DNA of 63,053 nucleotides, filler included, from Asterionella formosa (lineage: Eukaryota), in NCBI GenBank assembly GCA_002256025.1. It is 15 parts of 15 records of this genome, joined end to end, with 100 filler letters (N's around TTAATTAATTAA, not from the genome) between each part and the next. Parts side by side here need not be neighbours in the genome. Positions count along the whole stretch, not along the records: positions 1 to 16,467 come from NKIB01004888.1; 14 more parts are not named here. The stretch is one strand, 5' to 3'. A program made the translations under genes and the position numbers. The first letter of the stretch is position 1, and each line of letters starts with the position of its first letter. Positions 1 through 11,671 of the stretch are shown in pieces. Under the pieces are notes generated by a model. It did not search any database and was not told where the DNA came from. It saw only the letters and a list, made by a program, of their open reading frames with translations.

Positions 1-310
1 GCACCTAATGACTGAGACCCAATGTTTTGAAGATTTTGAACTGCGAGCCAATGTTAAATCAAGCAAACTCAGTATTGGAAAAAATATGATACTAGATAGA
101 AACATAATTACGCAGATAATTTTGTAATAGCGGTTAAAATACTAACCAATAATGTTTGCATTCTGAACTCATCATCTATCTTGTATTATAGTCTATACAT
201 AAATAGGCCCAAAGGTTGCTGTTGACAAGACGGAGGGAGCTAGCTAAATTAATTTTCAATCCATTCAGCTGGAATAACATTTTATATATAAAGTTTTATG
301 TGTCCAAATG
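1..310. repeat. Dispersed AT-rich repeat, diverged copy of 34490-34790 in inverted orientation
   Basis: Collinear blocks such as gaactcatcatctatcttgt, aaaggttgctgt and gaagattttgaa recur reverse-complemented at ~34570-34760. Confidence 0.75.
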
Positions 311-3243
311 GAATATTTTGTCAGTCCAAAATATGGAATGACGTCAAATTTGAATGATCCTGCACCATCATACCCAATCTATGAATGACATTAAAAGAAG
401 GAAAACGTCAGCCCGCGAAATGAGTAGACGAAGCAAGAGAGGGACGACACGACATATGAAAGGTGCAGTGATTGATAGTATACGAAGTCAGAACGATTTC
501 TTGAAAAATAGTCATGTGTTCTTTGATACAAACTTGAAACCGGGGTACCAGAAATTTTAGACAGAAAAAATGAAATAAAACAGGGATTGGGGGGGGGGGC
601 GGAGTACGAATGGGCTATAAAACTGACTAACTTGAAAAAAGTGTATTGATAGACAACGCCATAATTCAAAATGTGTGACATTAAAATGTCGTATATCCCC
701 ATAAATGTATGTTTTACTACTGCTTTAAAACTTTCAATTAGATCTTATAATACCTTGAAGCTATCCAATAATTTCACGCTTAGCCAAACAAATTGACACC
801 ATTAGCTGGTACCGGTTTTATTGTCCATATGGTATAACTGGACCTACCTTTTCGTCAGCCAGCCACACACTCTGGAACCCTGAGGACTACATGAAAAGAC
901 AGATTGAAAATCAGGGAATTTTACCCCTCGCTTCAAGTTGTGGTAATCAATGAGCCATTTCCCCATGTTCTACTAGCTACCTACTACTTTAGAACTGATT
1001 AAATGACAGATAATCCACTTTCTATGGTCTAAAATAAAAGCTGTAAATATTTGGTTCGAATTTAATGATGTAAGTAGATTAGTATATTGGTGTTTAAATC
1101 GAAAGATGGGCTGATAGAACATTGGCTGCTGTGATACCACATGTTTCCTTATGTAGCCAGGACGGCTGAGAAGGATAATATTGATACACTCATAACATGA
1201 GCTGGAACCAGGAATTTCTATGTGTTCAGCTTAGCTTTTTATAAAAATTAACACGCAGAAAAGAGATAATGCATACCTCTCACATCCCATCCTGCTAGAA
1301 TCCACGTACATCCAAGTCAAGTTGGAAGCTGAAAGCATCCAGCATTCTAGTAGTATGTGTCTGACGGAATCGTTCGGACACATCTAGAAATGTCATCAGG
1401 CAATAGGACGCATCATCCTGAACAAAACCGTTTTGTGATTCAAGCATGCCGTGCGCATTGCAGATTATCAATCGGAACCAGAGCATCATCTCTAGTTATA
1501 ATCAAAATGATTTGGAGCATCCAAAGTCTTCATCAATCTGTTCCTGCTCCGCTAACAAAAGCTGCACAGCGTTCGTAGTTTGGTTTGTAGATTAATGTTA
1601 TGACACTCTGACAAGGAGCCGTTTCTCTAAGATGATGGCTGCTTGGTCACTTACAACTAAACTGGCTCATCGGATCTGGGCTGATCTACAAGTGGCGCGT
1701 TCCGGTGCGTGTCTTTCAGTTATTTTGACCACAATTTGTGCGCATGTGCTATGGAGATTGTTCACAACCCATGACATCACGATGGAATATGGTCGATCAA
1801 AGTTTGAAATTCACCCTTCCGCTTGCTTCATAATATGTTAAGAAAATGTTAGCTTCAAATTCAGGCATTCTTGATGCAGTTGAGAATCATGAATACTTTT
1901 TTCAGCGCTCTTGCAAGAAAAACCATGAAAGTGTCAACAGATATGAGAACAAACAATCATGTAGCTGTGTTGGCTCAAAACAAAGCCGAAGATCTCAAAA
2001 ATTAATTGATGACTTGGCCTTGCATGTAAAGGAGCTCGAGAGATGTCACGTTTCAATCAGGCAAGAGGTCTATTTGCTTCAGTCTTCCATTTTGAGAGTG
2101 TAGGAAAAAAGTAAGGGTGATTGGTGAAAACCTGCCGATGTGGTTGGTGCATCTACAATGCTGATTACTGGTACAGCTGCCAGAAAAAACAAGTCAAATG
2201 TAATCAACCAAATTAATAAATTGGGTGGCTCAATACGAAGAATTGGGCTATGTACACAATTTATTGTATGACATCAAATATAATGTGATGCATCAACTAA
2301 TTTATATGATAGGAGTGAACTAAACTACCGGTAGTCTTGCCAACTGGCAAAATTTATTTGCAAAAACCACATAATCTTTGGGACCAACTAACAATATCTG
2401 TGTCAACTTATACATTTTTTTCAAAGCACCCAAAGGTAAACAGAAGAAACTACTAAGATAGTACTCTCTTTCACAGCGATCCTACTGGTAGCACTGGTAA
2501 CCACCCTCTCTCACCATGGAGGGCGATGCATATTTACAGCTAAACCATCAAATGATTCCATTTCATCACTGGCCACTGTAGCTACACAGTACACAACACG
2601 CTACAAACAGATGAAAGAACCACAACACTTAACAAGAAACGCCTTTATTACTGATATCCATCCAACAGCGTCAATATATTTAGTAAGGCTTTTAAAGATG
2701 TCCACGCATCCAAATCAGACCCAAACAGTCTGTTTCCATACCATTATATCTACACAGTACACAATGAAGAAGAAACAGACGATACATCAAGCAACTGCAG
2801 AGAAGCATTAAATAAGCTAGCTGTGTTTGCATTCAATGTTTTTGTAGAAGATTATGAAAGCAATTACTACAATGACATGCTAAGATTTCTTGTCTAATAT
2901 GCATAAACATGTAAGCTTTGACTTCATTTTAAATATCTTCTTTTCACTGAAATCAATAAATCGTTTAGTGCACTTAAAGATTAACCCAGTATAATTAGTG
3001 GCACTTTGTCATGGTGATCTCAAAGAGGTTTTTACTGCTACCAGGGTATCAGGTACTCACAGTAATGTTGCATTTGATAAAGCAGCGACGATGCCACTGG
3101 CGGGTAGGGTCTGGGAATTGAGATACCGGTATTTATTTTGATGTTTTCCTTCCACCAGGTACTGTTCCATACACCGACTGGTAAACATATATCAGGAAGA
3201 CAAGCAAAGAATTCAAAAAAAGCTGCAGAAATAAAATAATGTA

Positions 3244-3315
3244 TGACCGGACGGGGAATCGAACCCCGGTCAAAGCAACCACAATGCTTTATACTAACCA
3301 CTATACGATCCAGTC
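3244..3315 (-). tRNA. tRNA-His (anticodon GTG)
   Basis: The reverse complement folds as a cloverleaf: acceptor GACTGGA/TCCGGTC, D-loop TAGTGGTTAG, anticodon arm AAGCA-TTGTGGT-TGCTT, T-arm CGGGG-TTCGATT-CCCCG; 72 nt, no encoded CCA. Confidence 0.95.
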
Positions 3316-3985
3316 CGGAAGTTAGGGACACATTAATCTATATAATCAATGTAAGTTAGTGTATAGAATGATTGTCGATGGCAGCTTGCTTCTTGCTCTT
3401 TCTTCATTTTTCACATTTTGTGAGCGTCTTACATACACATAATCTCATACTTGTATACATACGGTAAAATAAAGAAAGCAAAAACAAAAGGCAGAAAGCA
3501 ACAAAATTAATTTTTCATGCAGCGGAAATATAGGACCAGGCAGTTGGTGGTACCGTACCAGGTACCTGGTACCATGATACTGATACCTGGTAGACTACCA
3601 TACCGGTACCATAGGAGCATGGCGATGTAAAAATGGTACCAGTACTCGGAGTCCTAAATACCTGGTTCCTGGTTCGTACCAGGTATCCTCATGGCATACA
3701 CCGGCACGCATTATTCAAAATCGGATCACACGCTGGCCCTCAATTAAAAGATAGTCCATGTCTGCGATCAGACTGACGACGAAGAAGTCACCACACGAGC
3801 AAAGAACTTCGTGAGGCGCATATCAGATATAAGTTGTGCCATTCCTGGATCCCGTGGTTGCTTCAATACAACATATCAAGAGCAATTCGCAACAAGCTAG
3901 TTGGCGTCACACACAAGTGATCACTTCCTACCGGTAATTGAAAACGTCATTGCCCACTCGTCGACCCTCTACTTTATTTTTCTCC

Positions 3986-5636
3986 ATGCTACTTCCAAAT
4001 GTTTACAAGCTTGGCTATTCAGCTGGCCAAGCCATTGCATCTATCATAGTTAATCATGCGTTGCCGGACCCAAAGGAATCCTGGAATCTTCTGCTCAGCT
4101 TCCCGTCTCTCTACAAAACATGGTGGCTTAATCTTGTAACCAATGACCCCATTCACGTCTTGATCGAGACGACGTTAATCGCGTCTATCCTTTATATGGT
4201 TGTATGGAAGCGCAAGGACTGGAGAGAAGATCACAAGGAAGGCACCTTGTCCAGTTCAGAACAAGAAGAACTGCTGAGAGACTGGCGGGAATATGGGAGG
4301 GCGGGACTGGTACCCGACTCATGTTCAGAACTTGTGAGGCCTGGGATTGTCGTTCATGCCATGCATGGGCGGACCATTGATATTTCTATCGGAGACGAAG
4401 GGACCAAACAAACGGTGTTGAATTTTGCGACGCATGACTTTTTAGGCATGTCAGATAATGCAGCTGTCAAGGAGGCATCGAAGAAAGCACTCGCCAAGTA
4501 CGGTTGTGGCTCTTGTGGTCCTAGGGGTTTTTATGGAACCATTGACGTTCATTTGGAATTGGAAGAGGCAATCGCAAACTTCGTCAATACTGACGGAGCA
4601 ATTCTGTATTCTGATGGAGCATCAGCCGTGAGCTCCACTGTTGCTGCGTTTGCCAAGCGAGGAGACCTGTTGGTTGTTGATGACGGAATATATGAGCCTT
4701 TGGTGACGGGTGTGTCGCTCAGTCGAGCAAATATCAAATGGTTTCGTCACAATGATATGGTAAGTGACCTCCTATTCTTAAAAAAATTGAGATTTATCAC
4801 GATGATACTCACGTTTCATTCAGAACGACCTTCGTCGCGTATTACAAGAAATTGCAGTAATGGATAAGAAACTTGGCCGTAAATCGAACGACCAGAGAAG
4901 ATTTATTGTTGTGGAAGGCTTGTATAAGAATTCAGGAACTATCGTCCCGCTTGAAGAGTTGGTGGCATTGAAGCATGAATTCAAGTATCGTTTGATCTTG
5001 GACGAGTCCTTCTCATTTGGCACTCTTGGAAAAACTGGCAAAGGTGTGATGGAGCTATATGACAAGAAACGTATGCACGATGCAGAAATTATCACGATAA
5101 GTTTGGAGAACGCTCTCGGGGGCATTGGTGGAGTCACTGTTGGAAATGAAGAGGTGGTTGATCACCAGCGCTTAAGTGGTGCTGGGTACTGCTTTAGTGC
5201 ATCATCGCCTCCATTCACAGCAAGTGCCGCCACCCGTGCTCTGGAAGAGTTACAATGTGAGCCTGAACTCATTGCTGAATTGAAACACAACACAGAATAT
5301 GCTCAAAAGAAGATTAAGGTAGATATGCAAAAAGTCATTCCTGATTTGTTGAAGTTAACCAGTGACCAACGGTCGCCAATGATCTTCCTGCAACTTGCAG
5401 GTAAGGAACGACAATGTGAATTTGATGAGCAAGTGAGACTGCTAGATTTGGTAGTTGAAAAATGTTTGATCGCTGGAGTTGCAGTTGTTTCAACTGGGCA
5501 TCACGTTGGTGGTGATTTGCGAACGCACCCGACTCCCGCAATTCGACTGACCGTTTCGGCATCTCACACTGACAATGACATTGACAAAGCATTCGATATT
5601 CTAAGTAGCTCAGCGCTGAACGTGTTGAAGAAATGA
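3986..5636 (+). CDS. LCB1: Serine palmitoyltransferase subunit 1 (LCB1/SPTLC1); exons 3986-4759 and 4824-5636
   Basis: Motifs YGCGSCGPRGFYGTIDVHLELE, LILDESFSFGTLG and HQRLSGAGYCFSASSPPF. SLEN replaces the PLP lysine, as in LCB1. A 64-nt GTAAGT...TTCAG intron (4760-4823) joins the two ORFs in frame. Confidence 0.93.
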
Positions 5637-5699
5637 TTGCGGTATTGTCGAGAAGAGGAATATGTTAAAACAAGAGTAATTTACTTCTTTATGGATTAA

Positions 5700-6330
5700 T
5701 TGATGTTGCCGCGGACGATGGTGTGCTGACCGGTGTCGTGTCGTACAGCAGATTGAGCTCATCACGTAAATGCCGAGCAGCAACATTTGCTCCCCATATC
5801 ATATATGTTTTGTAAGCCTCTCGGAAATGAGTGAAAGCAAGTGGTTTTTCTCCACGACGTAGATGATGGCGGCCTGCCTTGTCAGGACTGAGCGCGAGTT
5901 CAAGAAAGAAATCTTATGATTTTGACAGCGCGATTGCGCATGCGTATTTACCGACAGCTTGTTTGTGTTTGCCCGCAAAACTAGCCAGCTCTGCTTCGAG
6001 CAAGAAGGGCTTGCTGAAACAGTTTCTAGGAGAATCGTTTGCCCATCGTCTAATTTTGTTTATGGCACGCCGAAGCACCCTCAACGCATGCACCCTTTTG
6101 ATCGTTCGGGCGACCTCAGCAAATACCAAGGATGCTAAATTCCCCCCCCCCCCCCATTTATCGAACGAAGCCACGATAGATGCTCCGATTTTGAGCAGAC
6201 ATCCCATAGCAAACTTCTCTGCAGATGTCATATCTCGAAAAACGATAGAACAAACCAATTTCTCGTACCAAATGAGATTGCATCACAAATATTGTCTCTG
6301 GCCAAGATTGGTTCAACCGTAGTATCTTTC
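5700..6330 (-). pseudogene. Degenerate C-terminus of a helical-repeat protein (resembles the tail of AAA-ATPase/STAND-like diatom proteins)
   Basis: Reads KPFLLEAELASF..AVGKYACAIALSKS*..LELALS..AGRHHLRRG..HFREAYKTYMIWGA with an in-frame stop near 5914; family assignment from memory of the motif only. Confidence 0.45.
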
Positions 6331-7240
6331 TCCCGGTCTCCGCAAATAATGATTGAATAGCCTTCTAGTCTTGTCAACAACACTAGCATTCGGTGATATG
6401 GTGTGATCATTGCCAAAGGCCAACTCATGTCTATGCCTCATCATCATCATCCTGCTGCTGTATAACTTGCACTCTCGGTTCAGCTCCGTGAGAATACTTA
6501 TATGCGTGGCGTTAAACCAATAGAGGTTTCCATTTTAAATAGGCCTATTTGAAATCACCTGTCGCCCAATCGAGACATCTGTTATTTCTCATAGCTAAGC
6601 AACGACATCAAACGTTCAGATGTGGCTACGATCAACTCTTACCTGTTTCGATTCCTACTGAGAATCCGTGCTTCAAGCTCTCTAAGTACGCTCGAATGGG
6701 TAATTTCCAAGGCTAAATTAAATGCATCCAAAGCAAATTGCATGGACTCTGGGAATCCATGTGGATGTTAATCCATGGTTTTCGAAAATAACGAAGGAGC
6801 AGTGGCGGGGCACGTCAGGTTAATCTCAGTGACACTTTTTTCCCAACCCGATATCTCATTATTCCTGTCAAAGTCATGCTTCTCGGAGTTGATCGAAATT
6901 TTCATCAACGAGAAAGTATGGGTAACATTTCCCTGTGTCATTTAAATAATTATTTGTGCAAGGGATTGGCAACTTGATTGAGGGATGCCGAAAACGGAGA
7001 GGATCAGTAGGAGCGAGTAGTCACGCAATCATCAGTTGCATCACTTTCCACTACACGAGGTGTTGAGACGACGAGAGTCTATTGTCTCATCTATAATAAT
7101 GAGGCAACAGGAAAACTTTACGCTATAAAAGAGCTTTTCCTCTTGCTTTGTTGTTTCCCTCACGTGGTTTGTAACTCGATTCACCTTTGCATCGCGCTCC
7201 CCAGAAGTTATAAACATATTCCAGTTTTGTCGTATATAAC

Positions 7241-7450
7241 GAAGTTACTTCGACTCAATTACTGACTCATCCGACTGCCCTTTTTTCAAATGTTCCTCTT
7301 TTGATTTTTTTTAGGTTGATTTGTTGCGCCGACTGATCTAGACTCATAGTAAGTTTTTGAATTTGGTTCTAAGAAGTTTGGGTAGTTCCTTTCCTCTGGG
7401 TTTCCCATAGCTGGTGCAGTTGAGTTTTGCACATTAGCCATGGCTGGGTG
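7241..7450. repeat. Split direct repeat B2 of the YR retrotransposon
   Basis: Direct copy of 7803-8010 (aagttactt.gactcaatt ... gagttttgcacattagc). Confidence 0.9.
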
Positions 7451-7464
7451 GGACCTCAGGTGGG

Positions 7465-7802
7465 TGAATTTTTGTCTAAAGACTATAAATTTGCAAGGCT
7501 TGGTGATCAACGATTTGCTTTTGTCGAAAGCTAATTTGCAGAATTGTGAGCTTTCTGTCTTGAACCCTTTGCATGGTTGTTCTCTGGCAGATTGACTCTT
7601 CAATGACCTTCTTCTTGCATGGTTTACATGTCGCTTGCTTGCTTTTGAACTTCATCTTCAATCTTTGCTAGGTATTTTTTAATTGGCTCCTGTGGTTGCT
7701 CAATTTTCCTCAGCCTGCCTGTATTCCGATCTCTCCTGTTTTTCTGCGGTTTCAATGCGCGCCTTGTGCACATCCCCCGTTTCCATTGTCTATAATACTA
7801 AC
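7465..7802. repeat. Split direct repeat A2 of the YR retrotransposon
   Basis: Direct copy of 13794-14131; about 14 substitutions in ~338 nt by manual comparison. Confidence 0.95.
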
Positions 7803-8010
7803 AAAGTTACTTTGACTCAATTACCAACTCATCCAACTGCCTTTTTTGCAAATGTGCCTTTGTTCCTCTTTTGATTCTTTTTTTTAGGGTGATTTGTTGC
7901 GCCGACTAATCTAGACTCATAGTTGGTTTTTTGAATTTGGTTCTAAGTAGCTTGGGTAGTTCCTTTCCTCCGGGTTTCCCATAGCTGCAGTCGAGTTTTG
8001 CACATTAGCT
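7803..8010. repeat. Split direct repeat B1 of the YR retrotransposon
   Basis: Direct copy of 7241-7450; begins at the YR stop codon region and abuts A2. Confidence 0.9.
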
Positions 8011-9139
8011 GACCAATGCTGGGAGGGTTATTGTCAGCTGGTTGGGTGGGTGAAAGAAGTTTGGGATGGTGATCATCTGTTGGCTCACCGACTTTGTAAA
8101 TTCTGCCACCTGTTTTCGCATGTAAGTGAGAAAAGAGTCGGATTTCCATCGCCCAATGAGCATGACCATGTAATTTGGTACACCGGACAAAATCACGGCC
8201 ATTGCGGCGGCGCTGCGGATGGAATGGAGGCCAATGGCCTCGGGTTCATGGCCCAGTTTGGTGGCCCCTAAGTCCTGGGCTTTTTGTCAGACCCGACCGA
8301 GTGCCGTGTCCGCGGTCAGCGTGTAGAGGACCCCAGCTGACAGATAGGTGTTTATGATGGTGTTTGGGCTGGTCCCCGTGAGTTCCCAGAGGCGGTTGAT
8401 GATCGTCGCTCCTTGTTTGACTGGGCACATGATGGTGTCTTTGGTGTGGCTGAGCTTGATGGTCTCATCCTTCTTTTTTTTTGATCCTGGAAAGTGATGC
8501 AAATGATGTCGGCCTGGTGGAGGCGATGTCGATGACCGGTAATCTCGGTGTTATCCTGAAAGAAACGCAAGTTTTGAATCCAAAGTTGCTTCGTGCGGCG
8601 GTCACCTTTCACGGTAAGGTATTCGCAAGATCGCATGGCGAAGAAGAAAGCAAAGATTAAGAGCGGACCCAAAGTGCGATCCACTGGTGTTGACGTGTCG
8701 GCATGTATCTGTAAAATAAAGTCAATGGTCAGCGCCCGTTGGTGTTTAACGGTTGGGTCGGCTCTTTTGTAGGCTGTGAATTGGAGGCGTAAAATGCGGT
8801 GAGTTTTTCCCTGTAGGTTTGTAGCGGGGTCGGCGCAGTCATGTTCAATAAAGATCGCCGATAGAGATGCGACGGTGTCACGGACAGTTGCTGACACCAG
8901 TGGGCGAGTTCTGTGTCCATTGAACTTGGCTTGCCGTATGGTGTGTGCGAAGGCGCCGAAAATACATGTTCGTTGGTCAGGGGACAGTGTATCCAGGAAG
9001 ATGTCTTGGGGGGCGCCGAAACCGATTGAGTGCAGAAATTCTTGTCAGAGGAGTCGGAAAGCTCGAGTGAGCTTCGCTTTGGTTTGAGTTTGTAGTCCGG
9101 CGTAACGCGCCCCCTCCGCAGCCAGGAGATAAGTTGCAA
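8005..9139 (-). pseudogene. Tyrosine recombinase of the retrotransposon (frameshifted)
   Basis: FFFAMRSCEY (catalytic R), FQDQK, CPVK, IGLHSIRSAAAMA (HxxR) and IGRWKSDSFLTYMR (W...Y), spread across several frames. Confidence 0.9.
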
Positions 9140-9216
9140 GTCGATTGCGGGCGGTAGGGGGTGGATGTTGAAATTTGGGGGCAGCTGATTTTTTGCGAAG
9201 GTGCAGAAGGGATGAG

Positions 9217-9917
9217 TTAGTGGTTTGGGTGATGGTGGTCGCGGGACAGCAAGTCGGCCACAACATTGTCCTCACCTGGGATCCATTGGCTATAGTTGCA
9301 CGCCTTTGGCCATAAAAGTGTGGTGGCCAGCCACCGTGATACATCGAGATGGATTGCTTTTTCCGTGCCTTGAAAACGGGCGCCCCCTCGATGCAGCCAG
9401 TAGTCGGCCGTGGAGTTGTCCAGCTGGGAAAGGAGACAAGCTTTGGGTCGGATCTGGTTTGCCTCGACTTCCATTATGATCGTGGTCATGGAGGCTAGAT
9501 ATTCAAGGAGGTTTAGAGATAGGCCACCCCGATATTGTGGAGGGATCTTGAATCGCCAGGCTTGTCCAGAGGTCAGAGAATAACCGCCCAAGCCATGTGG
9601 GCAGGCGTCTGCTCGAAGGATCACTGTTGGTACTCGGAGGGTCAGAAGGTTTAGGCTTATGCCCTGCCTGGCCACTTTCAAGAATTGCAGCCATTGACGG
9701 AGTTCTTTGCAGGGCAACTCGGTGATGGTTATTTTGACTTGCGGTGACGTGCCTGTCGTTTGGCTAGGCAAAGGTGACTCAGAAAAGCCCCTGCTGTGGG
9801 GATGACATAGGAGGCATGATTTAGGCGACCAATGGTCGTGGCCAGTTGATCAACAGTGACCATTGGGGTTTGAAGGAGGGTGTGAATGTCCACTGTCCAA
9901 CTAGACAGTTTTTCCAC
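9217..9917 (-). pseudogene. DIRS-type RNase H with RT connection region (frameshifted)
   Basis: RADACPHGLGG, NLLEYLA, LDNSTA and WIPGEDNVVADLLSR match the D-E-D-D pattern of DIRS-like RNase H. Confidence 0.9.
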
Positions 9918-9942
9918 AGTGAGCCAAAGACGGAGGGTGCAG

Positions 9943-11340
9943 CTATTGATTTCCCAGCCTAGTATGACTTTGGTTTCTTTGCTTGGGTGAGCCTTCAGCT
10001 AAAGTTTTTTCGAAGGAGAGCATGTCATCTCTGATCAGGGATTCATTTGATAGGAGTGGTTGGACAAATAGATGTAATACTAATAGCGCAACCCTGGACC
10101 CTTGCCAGATTTGTCTTGGCTGATCAAGGGAGCATGAAAATACGTCATCCAGGTGGCATTCTGTGAATGGGGCTGTGTCGGACTGTGGTAGGACTGTTGT
10201 GAGCAAAGCTTGACCTAGGTTGACCTTGTTCGGAAGATAGACTGGTTGCTGAATGTATCGGGCTTGGTGAGGAGACTCAAATGTTGGGCTGTCTTTGGCA
10301 TTCCAAAAACTGCACCGGGATAGCATGTTACAGGTGTTGCAGGCTAGTTCGGAAATGTCACTCCAGATGCTGGGATTTGGTGATCTGCCGAATGTCATAT
10401 GGAGGGCTATGAGGGCCATATCCTCAATTAAGACAACTGCTTGTGCGGCTGTGTCACTTGTGATGTGTAATCGCTGGTAGGCAGCCTTGAAATCTAGCTT
10501 ATAGTCATGAGAATTCGTGTGTTGGGGTGTCCTTGCTTTCCAAACGTCCACTACATACTGTATGAACCTGCATAGTGCAGTACCATAGCGGCATGAAGTG
10601 AGGGAGTCTGGAATGACTCGACTGTTTACTGCTGTCCCAGTAGAGAATTCGAATGATTGGTGGTGTGTGAGCCGATTTTTAGGAACTATTTCGCCGCGTT
10701 TGTCAATCGTCGATTGTGTCACTAGGCCCATTGGTGCGATGACCGCATGGGGTAGTAAATGTATTTTGTCCGGTGGGAGGGGGAGCTGCAAGCCATGCGC
10801 AATCTCCTTAAGTAGGAGGTTTTTTACTATTGGCATCATGTTTCTCTTTGCCGATGCGTGATTGCCGCGGGCCACTGCGAGTGCAAGATCATGGGTATGT
10901 TGGATCTCAGGGAGTGGTTCTTGTAGAGGGAATTGTAGTCCGTGGGTGAGCCAGCGACAGAAGCGTGGCCAGAGTGGGTGGTCCTGTATGAACGGCCTGA
11001 GTAGGTCAATAGACCGGAATTCGGAGCCAAATGTCAGAGTCAAGCCGGCCTGGCTGAGTAAAGCCTGGTGGAGGTCTAGGTCGGACCATTCCAGTATGGA
11101 CCAATTGTGATTGGCTGCACCCCCTGCTGTTGTCCATGTGAATTGAAATTCGGGAAGACGGATGGCAGGAGATGGGCTGGCGAAGATGTGTGCTTTGGCG
11201 ATTTTTGTGTTCGCCATATAGCGAAACGTGGCCGTGAGGGTTGGGGCATTTGGTAATGCGCCTGTGCGTGGGGCTGTGCTGTGGTTTGCGGGAGGGGGAC
11301 TTCTTCCTTCCTGGGTGAATATGAGGACAAACGACAACAA
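9943..11340 (-). pseudogene. Reverse transcriptase of the YR retrotransposon (decayed)
   Basis: KNRLTHHQSF, KLDFKAAYQRL, MTFGRSPNPSIW and HLDD in place of YxDD. Confidence 0.85.
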
Positions 11341-11671
11341 GACTCACTCATTCTGTCAGATGCTGGTATCAGCGTTTCTTCGTAACTTTTAATTTGTTGG
11401 TACGATGTTGGAAAATCCAGTTTCGGTGTGAACAATGGAGGGGGGGGGGGGGGGTGAAGGTGAATGGCGTAGCTGTTTTTGGGCGATCTGGCAGGATGGG
11501 CGTGGTGGCGCATGAAAGAAAGCGGCTGCGTGATGGTTCGGGAAAGGGGACAATGTCCATGGGAAGCGATGCTGGTTGCGAAAGGGACGATCTATCTGGA
11601 AAGGTGATACCGCAGTAAACTGAAATTGGCCTGTTTAGAACTGTCATTTTGGCTACTCGGGATCACCCTAG

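Noticed and set aside
1290..2110. Cys-rich short ORFs, possibly a decayed transposase
   Set aside because: No recognisable catalytic motif in any frame.
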